Below the pieces are notes generated by a model. The model saw only the letters and a program-made list of their open reading frames with translations. It had not been told where the DNA came from and did no database searches. Source: Singulisphaera sp. GP187 (GTDB taxonomy: Bacteria > Planctomycetota > Planctomycetia > Gemmatales > Gemmataceae). From it: 64,000 nucleotides of DNA. The stretch spans positions 22,975 through 86,974 of the forward strand of contig CAMDQN010000004.1 in assembly GCA_945905925.1 (NCBI GenBank), given 5' to 3'. This document shows positions 57,054 through 64,000 of this stretch, in pieces; positions within the stretch are counted from its first letter, which is position 1, and every line of letters begins with the position of its first letter. The translations under genes and the position numbers were made by a program.

Positions 57054-59308
57054 CAATCCCGTTCCCCCGATTCGACTACCACAGCGTGCTGACCATGTTG
57101 GCTCTGGTCGCTGCTGCCCCGTGCGCAGCGGCGCAACCCGCTCTCCCCAATCGCGACCCGGTCCAGCCGGTGTACTTCAACACGGACGTGGTGCCGTTGC
57201 TCACCAAACTCGGGTGCAACAGCGGTGGCTGCCACGGAAAAGCAGAAGGTCAGAACGGATTCAAACTCTCCCTGCTTGGCTTCGAACCGGAGCAGGATTA
57301 CGAAGCAATCGTCACGGAGGCACGCGGCCGACGCCTCCTGCCGTCCGCGCCGGCGGCGAGTCTCTTTCTCCTCAAGGCGACCGGCTCTTTCTCCCACGGC
57401 GGCGGGAAACGACTCGCCATCGGCTCCGAGGATTACCAGACCATCCGGCGCTGGATCGAGAACGGGTCGCCACCGGCCAAACTTTCCGATCCCACACTCG
57501 CTCGCGTCACCGTCACGCCGGACCGGGCCACCTTCGACGCCACGAGCCGACAACCGCTCCGGGTCGTCGCGCATTTCTCGAACGGCACCACGCGAGACGT
57601 GACCCGGCGGTCCGTGTACCAATCGAACGAACCGGACATCGCCGAGGTAACCGACGCCGGCACCGTGCAGGTCAAGAACCGGAGCGGTCTGTTCGCGGTC
57701 ATGGTCCGGTACGGGGATCAGATCGCGGTCTTCCACGGTACGGTGCCGCACCACCAGAAGGCCGGGACCGAATCGCCGCTCATCGCGTGGGAGAGGGCCA
57801 ACACCATATCGGGCATCGACAAACATCTCGTCGCCAACTGGAAGCGACTGGGCGTCGCGCCGTCGCGCGCCGCCTCCGACGAGGAGTTCATCCGTCGCGC
57901 GTCGCTCGACATCTGCGGCACCCTACCCACACCCGACGAAGTGATGGCCTACGCCGCTGACACGCGCCCCGATAAGCGGGCGAAACTGATCGATCGCCTT
58001 CTCGAACGACCGGAGTACGCCAGCTACTTCGCGCTGAAGTGGGCTGACATTCTGCGGAACCGGGGGAAGGGATACAGCACCAGCCAGCAGCGCCCGGGAA
58101 CCGCACTGTTCGCGGGCTGGATTCGCGACTCGCTCGCCGACAACATGCCCTACGACCGCTTCGTCGGTGAAATCCTCACCGCGTCGGGCAGCCAGGAGAC
58201 CAACCCGCCAACGGTCTGGTACCGGACCACGCGCACCTCGCCGGAATTCGTGGAATCGGTCGCGCAGGCGTTCCTCGGCATTCGCATTCAATGCGCCCAG
58301 TGTCATCACCATCCGGCGGAACGATGGAGCCAGGCCGACTACTACCAACTGGCCGCGGTCTTCTCTCGCGTGGGGCGCAAGGGCGGGTTCGCGGACGCCG
58401 AAGTTCCAACGAGCGAGACGATCTTCCTGGCCGACGCCGGTGAACTCCTTCATCCCCGGACCAAGAGCGTGATGCGCCCGCGTCCACCGGGCGGACCAGA
58501 CTTTAAACTCACCCAGTACGACGATCCCCGCCGCGCGCTGGCGAAGTGGATGACAGCTTCCGATAACCCGTACTTCGCCCGCACGATGGCAAACCGGATG
58601 TGGGGCCACTTCCTCGGCCGCGGCATCATCCATCCGATCGACGACGCGCGGAGTACGAACCCGCCGAGCAACCCCGAACTGCTCGACGCACTGGCGAAGG
58701 ATTTCGCCACGAGCGGCTACAACGTGAAACACCTGATTCGCGCCATCTGCAACTCGACGGCCTACGGCCTCAGTTCGATACCCGAAGAGGCCAACAAGGA
58801 CGACGTGCAGAGTTTCGCCCGCTATTATCCGCGCCGGTTACCCGCCGAGGTGTTGCTCGACGGCATCGGGCACGTACTCGAATCCCCGACGAAGTTCCGA
58901 AGCGTCGCGGCCGACTTCCCGGCGGGAACGCGAGCCATCGACTTGCCCGACGAGGCGGTCCCCAGCCAGTTCCTGGACGTGTTCGGGCGGCCCGCGCGAA
59001 ACTCCGCGTGCGAATGCGAGCGCGTCGATGCGCCCGCCCTGGGTCAAACGCTCGCGTTGATTGGTTCGCCCGAGATTCAGGACAAGTTGACATCCGACAA
59101 GGGATACGTGAAACGGCTCGCGGGCAACTCGAAGGCGCACGGTGATAACGTCCACGACATCTTTCTGCGAGTCTTCGGTCGCCCGCCGCGACAGCGAGAA
59201 CTCGCGGCGGCGGTCAAGTTCCTGGAATCCCAGACCGACCGCAAGGAAGCTTACGGCTCCCTACTCTGGTCGCTCCTGGCGACGAACGAGTTCCTGTTCA
59301 ACCACTGA
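57050..59308 (+). CDS. DUF1549/DUF1553 protein with Ig-like domain, 752 aa
   Basis: ATGA overlap with the upstream stop; VYFNTDVVPLLTKLGCNSGGCHG; QNGFKLSLLG; FIRRASLDICG; IQCAQCHHHP; NPYFAR..ANRMW.HFLGRGII. Confidence 0.92.
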   Translation: MTIPFPRFDYHSVLTMLALVAAAPCAAAQPALPNRDPVQPVYFNTDVVPLLTKLGCNSGGCHGKAEGQNGFKLSLLGFEPEQDYEAIVTEARGRRLLPSAPAASLFLLKATGSFSHGGGKRLAIGSEDYQTIRRWIENGSPPAKLSDPTLARVTVTPDRATFDATSRQPLRVVAHFSNGTTRDVTRRSVYQSNEPDIAEVTDAGTVQVKNRSGLFAVMVRYGDQIAVFHGTVPHHQKAGTESPLIAWERANTISGIDKHLVANWKRLGVAPSRAASDEEFIRRASLDICGTLPTPDEVMAYAADTRPDKRAKLIDRLLERPEYASYFALKWADILRNRGKGYSTSQQRPGTALFAGWIRDSLADNMPYDRFVGEILTASGSQETNPPTVWYRTTRTSPEFVESVAQAFLGIRIQCAQCHHHPAERWSQADYYQLAAVFSRVGRKGGFADAEVPTSETIFLADAGELLHPRTKSVMRPRPPGGPDFKLTQYDDPRRALAKWMTASDNPYFARTMANRMWGHFLGRGIIHPIDDARSTNPPSNPELLDALAKDFATSGYNVKHLIRAICNSTAYGLSSIPEEANKDDVQSFARYYPRRLPAEVLLDGIGHVLESPTKFRSVAADFPAGTRAIDLPDEAVPSQFLDVFGRPARNSACECERVDAPALGQTLALIGSPEIQDKLTSDKGYVKRLAGNSKAHGDNVHDIFLRVFGRPPRQRELAAAVKFLESQTDRKEAYGSLLWSLLATNEFLFNH

Positions 59309-59340
59309 CCAATGACCACGAACCGAACCGGAGGGAGCAC

Positions 59341-60642
59341 GTGCAACCCACTATCAGCCGTCGGGCATTCCTGGGAATGAGCGCGTCGGTCGGTGCGATC
59401 ACGACCGACGGACTTCGCGTGCGACTCGCTGCGGCCGAACCGCAGTTGCCCGAAGCGACGCCGAACAAGGCGATAATCGTCTTCTGGACCCACGGGGGGA
59501 TGAGCCAGCAAGACACCTACGACATGAAGCCGGATGCGCCGGCCGAGTTTCGGGGTATGTACCGGCCGATCGCTACCGCCGTGCCGGGCATCCGCATCAC
59601 CGAGCGATTCCCGCGTCAGGCGCGGGTGATGAAGCACCTCTCCGTCGTCCGCTCCGTGAACCACCAGAACGGGATCCACGCACCCTCCGCGCACTGGATG
59701 CAGACAGGCTATTTCGGCCCGACGTTGGCCCGCAACGCACCGCAGAAGCCGTCGTTTGGATCGGTCATCGCCCGCAGTCGCGGGACCGGTCAGTCCCACA
59801 TGCCGCCTTACGTGGCCGTGCCCAGGGCGGAAGCATTCGGGTATCAGGGCGCGGTCTACCTCGGTGCGGCCAACAACCCGTTTGAAGTGGGAGCCGACCC
59901 AAACGCGCGTGACTTCCGCGTACCCAACCTGGCACTACCCGGCAACTTGCCCCTCCAGAGCGCGAAAACCCGCGCCCAGCTCCTAAAGGAGTTCGACACA
60001 CTCCGGCGCGACGTGGATCAGACGGGTACCCTCGAAGGGCTGAACAGTTTCAAGGCCCAGGCTCTGGAGATGGTGACCGGTGACCGCGTCCGCAACGCCT
60101 TCGACATGAGCAAGGAGAGTACGCGACTGCGCGATCATTACGGCCGGCACCTCTACGGCCAGAGTGCCCTCCTGGCGCGGCGACTGGTCGAGGCTGGCAC
60201 CGCGTGCGTCACCATCAACACCGGGTACTGGGACCATCACGACAACATCGAGAAAGGTTTGGAGCAACACCTGCTGCCTCTTGACGCGGCGATCGGCGCC
60301 TTGGTCGAGGATCTCGAAGATCGGGGGATGCTCGACGACGTTGTGATCTACTGCGCGGGCGAGTTCGGGCGCACGCCCCTCATCAACGGTCACGCGGGCC
60401 GCGACCACTGGTCCGACTGTTTTTCGGTACTCCTGGGCGGCGGTGGTCTGAAGGGCGGGCAGGTGGTTGGCGCCAGCGAGGCGCGAGGCGGTAAGGTTAG
60501 CGAGCGGCCCGTCTCACCTCTCGACCTACTCGCGACTCTCTATCAGGCGCTCGGCATCGCGCTGGACACCCACTACGAGGACGCCTCGGGTCGTCCCGTC
60601 AGCATCGTCGGCCCGGGCAAGCCAATCCACGAACTTCTGTAA
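59341..60642 (+). CDS. DUF1501 family protein, Tat signal, 433 aa
   Basis: GGAGG RBS, GTG start; ISRRAFLG; GGMSQQDTYDMKP; LLARRLVEAG; WDHH; GEFGRTP...GRDHW. Confidence 0.93.
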   Translation: MQPTISRRAFLGMSASVGAITTDGLRVRLAAAEPQLPEATPNKAIIVFWTHGGMSQQDTYDMKPDAPAEFRGMYRPIATAVPGIRITERFPRQARVMKHLSVVRSVNHQNGIHAPSAHWMQTGYFGPTLARNAPQKPSFGSVIARSRGTGQSHMPPYVAVPRAEAFGYQGAVYLGAANNPFEVGADPNARDFRVPNLALPGNLPLQSAKTRAQLLKEFDTLRRDVDQTGTLEGLNSFKAQALEMVTGDRVRNAFDMSKESTRLRDHYGRHLYGQSALLARRLVEAGTACVTINTGYWDHHDNIEKGLEQHLLPLDAAIGALVEDLEDRGMLDDVVIYCAGEFGRTPLINGHAGRDHWSDCFSVLLGGGGLKGGQVVGASEARGGKVSERPVSPLDLLATLYQALGIALDTHYEDASGRPVSIVGPGKPIHELL

Positions 60643-60644
60643 CT

Positions 60645-60800
60645 GGTTTTCGTTGTTCCCCACGGGTGGTGATCAGCAACGGTAGTCAGCGCGAGGAGTA
60701 CCTCGACGTGCGCGAATCGCGTGTGAAGGAACAGGGGTTGGAGCCGGAAGCGTACTCGTGATACCTCGACCTGCGGCGCTACGGCAACGCGGAGTATTGA
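60645..60800 (+). pseudogene. asnS: Decayed fragment of asparagine--tRNA ligase (C-terminal catalytic region)
   Basis: The frame from 60669 reads [38 protein letters not shown]. This matches the AsnRS consensus EIIGGSQRE..LD.L..R..E.GL....[11 protein letters not shown], with TGA at 60759 replacing a Trp codon. Confidence 0.75.
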
Positions 60801-60818
60801 GAATATGACGCGCGAGAT

Positions 60819-60877
60819 ACCCGCCCGCAGCGCGAGCAAGGGCATTTCCGATACCCTTACTCGCGCTGCGGGCGGGT
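60819..60877. repeat. REP-like palindrome (CCCGCAGCGCGAGCAAGGG family)
   Basis: 24-bp arms with one mismatch: ACCCGCCCGCAGCGCGAGCAAGGG / CCCTTACTCGCGCTGCGGGCGGGT. Confidence 0.85.
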
Positions 60878-60880
60878 CGA

Positions 60881-62434
60881 TTACTTCGTCGCCCCGTCGG
60901 TGCGGAACGGCAGCGCCGGCAGTCCGTCCTTGTTGAAGAAGTTCGCCCACTGGTGATTCGCCGCCCACGCGTACCGCACGCTCACCGGCTTCGTCACCTT
61001 GCTCGACAGCACCACATCGTTGCCCTCTATGGTCGCGTCGGCCCACTCGAACTTCCCGTCCGCGCCGGCCACCGCGAAGCCCTGGAGTTTGTCGCCGTTC
61101 TTGAACGCCAGACCCTGCCCGATATGGTCGAACGCGACCCGCACCTTCTCGCCGTCCACCTTGTGCGACTTGTACACCGGGCCGTAATACTCGATCTTCT
61201 TCGCGTACACCGCGCCCAGTGCGACGCGGGCCGCGCGCGCCGCGTAGCCCGATTTATTGGTCGGGTGAACGCCCGGCCCGAGGTCACTGCTCGTCGCCAT
61301 GAACGTGTTCGGGTAGTTCATAATGCGCACGTGCAGCTCGCGGTACGTGCCGTCGTTCGGCACAGCCTTTGGCAGCGGGGCGAACTTCTCGCCCTTGTCG
61401 GTGATGGGGTCGGCATAGTCCCACGCGCACCCGCCGCCGCTTGCCTTCTGGATGTAGATGAACGCGAAGTCCTGGCCGAAGTCTTTGCGCCACCCGCGAA
61501 TCAGCGCGCCCATCAGCGTGTACTGATCGACGCCGTTGATCGCGGTGCCGCTTTCGCCCTGGTCCCACACCACGCCGCGAATGCCATACGGCAGCATCGG
61601 TCGGATGTGTGTCTCGTAAAGGTTGCCGATCTTGCCGCCCGACTCACCGGCCGCGACCGGGGCCGCGGGCTTCGCGGGCGGCGTCTTGTTATCCTTCTTC
61701 GCCTGCTCAACCGCGGCTTCCCATTTCACGATCGCTGCGGCGTGCGCCGTCTTCACCTTCTCGAAGTCGTAGGTTTCGCTGAACTTCCTAACAACTGACT
61801 TGCAGGCGTCGTCCGAGCGGTACGCATCGTCGCTGAGCCAGTATCCCGAAGGCGTGCCGCCAACCGCGCCGACCATCAACCCAACCGGCACGTCGAGATC
61901 CTTCTGAATGCCGACGCCGAACGCGAACAGGATCGCTGAGAAGCTGGGGATGGTCTGCGCGGTTGTTTCGGTCCACTTACCGCCGCTCTTGCTCAACCGG
62001 ATCTTCGGGTACGTCCCCTCCGCGAGCTTCGCCAGTCCAGGGTCCGCCTTCGAGTACCCCGAAACGCTGCCCTGCATGTTCGACTGCCCAGACCCGACCC
62101 ACACCTCGCCGACCAGGACATCTTCAAGCACGACGGTGTTCTTGCCGGTCACGGTGAGTTTGTCCGGGCCGCCGGCCTTGAGCGCGTCGAGCTTCACCAC
62201 CCACTTGCCCTTCGCGTCGGCGGTCGCGGTCTTCTCCTGGTCGCGGAACTTGACGGTCACCTTCTCCTCGGGCGCCGCGATGCCCCAGATCGGAACGGCC
62301 GCGTCCCGCTGAAGAACCATGTGGCTGCTGAGTACGGGTGGCAACTTCACGTCAGCCGCGGCGCGGTTTGAACCGAGTGACAGCGTGACGGAGAGTGCCA
62401 CGAAGATGGCAACGGTGCGCGGAACGAACTTCAT
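60881..62434 (-). CDS. Sialate O-acetylesterase (SASA/DUF303) family protein, 517 aa
   Basis: Signal peptide; HMVLQRD; GEVWVGSGQSNM; GVVWDQGES; GVHPTNK; VRYAW...N..GLPA.PFRTD. Confidence 0.92.
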   Translation of the reverse strand: MKFVPRTVAIFVALSVTLSLGSNRAAADVKLPPVLSSHMVLQRDAAVPIWGIAAPEEKVTVKFRDQEKTATADAKGKWVVKLDALKAGGPDKLTVTGKNTVVLEDVLVGEVWVGSGQSNMQGSVSGYSKADPGLAKLAEGTYPKIRLSKSGGKWTETTAQTIPSFSAILFAFGVGIQKDLDVPVGLMVGAVGGTPSGYWLSDDAYRSDDACKSVVRKFSETYDFEKVKTAHAAAIVKWEAAVEQAKKDNKTPPAKPAAPVAAGESGGKIGNLYETHIRPMLPYGIRGVVWDQGESGTAINGVDQYTLMGALIRGWRKDFGQDFAFIYIQKASGGGCAWDYADPITDKGEKFAPLPKAVPNDGTYRELHVRIMNYPNTFMATSSDLGPGVHPTNKSGYAARAARVALGAVYAKKIEYYGPVYKSHKVDGEKVRVAFDHIGQGLAFKNGDKLQGFAVAGADGKFEWADATIEGNDVVLSSKVTKPVSVRYAWAANHQWANFFNKDGLPALPFRTDGATK

Positions 62435-62738
62435 GGTGTTCACCGACGGAAATGGGAACGGGGAGTGGGACGCACGGAGCGGCCGTGAAGCCCGGCTCTG
62501 CGGGCGACAGGCCACAACACCATTGGATTGTCCGCGACCGGCGCGGCACCCGCCAGAGGTAGTTGAGTATTCTGGGCGCAGCGGGTGAGCCGCCTGAGGT
62601 TGGAGTTCGCCGCAAAGGTAGACGACCGGCGGAAGTAGTTTCTGCAAGGTGAGTGACTCTACCCCTCCACCCTTCGTTTTGACTCAGCTCAACTGAGCGG
62701 CTACGATCGGGGCATCTCTGGCTTCACGGAGTCGGGCC

Positions 62739-64000
62739 ATGCTCTCACTTTTTGGGCCTCGCGGGCGGTTGTGCGATTCGCCGTCGCGACGCGATCTGCT
62801 CACCGCCGGGTCGCTGCCGCTCCTGGGACTGGCGCTGCCCGATGTGCTGCGATACGAAGCACACGCGAAGGCCGAAGCCAAGCCGAACGCGCCCGTGAAA
62901 GGCGGCGACGGCTTTGGTAAAGCGAAGTCGGTTCTGTTGCTCTATCTTCAGGGGTCGCCGAGTCACATCGACACCTGGGATCCGAAACCCGACGCGCCGG
63001 AGGGGATTCGCGGCGAGTTCAAGCCGATCGCGACCAGCGTCACCGGCACGCGACTCACCGAAGTACTCCCCGGACTCGCACGGCGGGCGCATCTCTTTAC
63101 GCTCATTCGCTCGCTCGGGGTGAAGCCGCAAGGACTGGCGAATCACGGTGCGTCGATCTACATGCTCATGACCGGGGCCGGGCCGCTCAACTTCTCCGCG
63201 ACCGGGCTTTCGGTGCCGCCGTCGCGCCAGGACTTGCCTTCCGTGGGTGCGGTCGCGTCGCGCTTCAAGCCGGTCGAACCGGGTAAGCTCGGCTTCGTCA
63301 GCGTGTGCGCGCCGATTCAAGAAGGCTCGGTCACCGGCGTCGGTCAGTCGGCTGGCATTCTCGGGGCCGCATTCGATCCGTTTCAGATGTACCAGGATCC
63401 GCAGCGCGCGTTGAACGTCACAAGTTTGATTCTGCCGCCCGACATGACGCTCGGACGCATGAAGGCGCGGCTCGACTTGCGGAGTGTGCGCAGTAGCGCC
63501 GCGTCGGCAGACGGGTTCGACGCGCACTACGACACCGCGTTCGCGCTGCTCGGTTCCGCGACAACCGCTCAGGCATTCCGGCTGGAAGACGAATCTCCGC
63601 AAGTGCGTGACCGCTACGGGCGCACTCGATGGGGGCAGAGTTGCTTACTGGCGCGCCGGCTCGTCGAAGCCGGGACGCGATTCGTGCAGGTGAACTGGCC
63701 GGCGGGGTCGGACACGGAACCCGCGCCGGGTCCAGACGGCTCGTGGGACACACACCGCAACAACTTCCCGATGCTGAAGGACTGGCGTTGCCCGGTATTC
63801 GATCGCACGGCGTCGGCGCTACTGGAAGACCTGGACGATCGCGGGCTGTTGGAGACGACGCTCGTGGTGATGGTCGGCGAGTTCGGGCGGTCGCCGAAGA
63901 TCGGTTCGCCGACGACGAACAACGTCGGCCCCGGCGGGCGCGATCACTGGCCGTCGTGTTATACGTGTCTGGTGGCCGGTGGCGGCGTGCGTCCGGGTCA
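62739..64000 (+). CDS. DUF1501 family protein, Tat signal; partial, runs off the right edge
   Basis: Absent from the ORF track. Manual translation: MLSLFGPRGRLCDSPSRRDLLTAG...AKSVLLLYLQGSPSHIDTWDPKPDAP...GRTRWGQSCLLARRLVEAG...WDTH...GEFGRSPKI...GRDHW. Confidence 0.92.
   Translation, partial: MLSLFGPRGRLCDSPSRRDLLTAGSLPLLGLALPDVLRYEAHAKAEAKPNAPVKGGDGFGKAKSVLLLYLQGSPSHIDTWDPKPDAPEGIRGEFKPIATSVTGTRLTEVLPGLARRAHLFTLIRSLGVKPQGLANHGASIYMLMTGAGPLNFSATGLSVPPSRQDLPSVGAVASRFKPVEPGKLGFVSVCAPIQEGSVTGVGQSAGILGAAFDPFQMYQDPQRALNVTSLILPPDMTLGRMKARLDLRSVRSSAASADGFDAHYDTAFALLGSATTAQAFRLEDESPQVRDRYGRTRWGQSCLLARRLVEAGTRFVQVNWPAGSDTEPAPGPDGSWDTHRNNFPMLKDWRCPVFDRTASALLEDLDDRGLLETTLVVMVGEFGRSPKIGSPTTNNVGPGGRDHWPSCYTCLVAGGGVRPG

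Noticed and set aside
1603-62647. Long N-terminal extensions given by the ORF track (e.g. starts 1603, 8054, 13210, 15224, 18968, 34303, 41644, 54650, 56156, 62647)
   Set aside because: Downstream starts have RBSs, stop-start coupling or signal peptides; the extensions overlap neighbouring genes or promoters.
254-63922. Hundreds of long overlapping ORFs in the track (e.g. 993-1727, 4263-5588, 12254-13462, 29107-30492, 31973-33691, 36237-37829)
   Set aside because: They are Arg/Ala/Pro-rich antisense or off-frame shadows of real genes in high-GC DNA, with no motifs or RBS.

Overview
This is a high-GC chromosomal window from a planctomycete, most likely Gemmataceae (Gemmata-like). The assignment rests on DUF1501/DUF1549/DUF1553/PSCyt1, DUF1559, BBP7 and PVC-type heme-protein genes, the N-terminal 'LExLExR..P' export motif, and the tmRNA tag AEPQYSLAA. 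About 45 real CDS are present. Housekeeping genes: gluQ, purM, pyk, hisG, ssrA, cbiQO-type ECF parts. Envelope genes: a GT2, an MBOAT with three SGNH-like partners, two large extracellular proteins, and a BBP7 beta-barrel. There is a small catabolic group (amidohydrolase, alpha/beta hydrolase, two Tat-exported Gfo/Idh/MocA oxidoreductases) and a ~19 kb array of DUF1501/DUF1549-DUF1553/PPC/WD40-cytochrome modules (44.7-64 kb). No CRISPR array, intact transposase, integrase, rRNA or tRNA was found. The ORF track does not show the following, which I found by reading the sequence: a gene running off the left edge; decayed remnants of asnS, an SMP-30/gluconolactonase and a PSCyt1 domain; a frameshifted DUF2934 gene coupled to cbiQ; about 11 unrelated REP-like palindrome families, one translated inside a CDS; three heptamer repeat types; an inverted duplication of a promoter/leader; and a homolog of the Rickettsia OmpB lysine methyltransferases. 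Family names come from motif recognition and memory; no database search was run.
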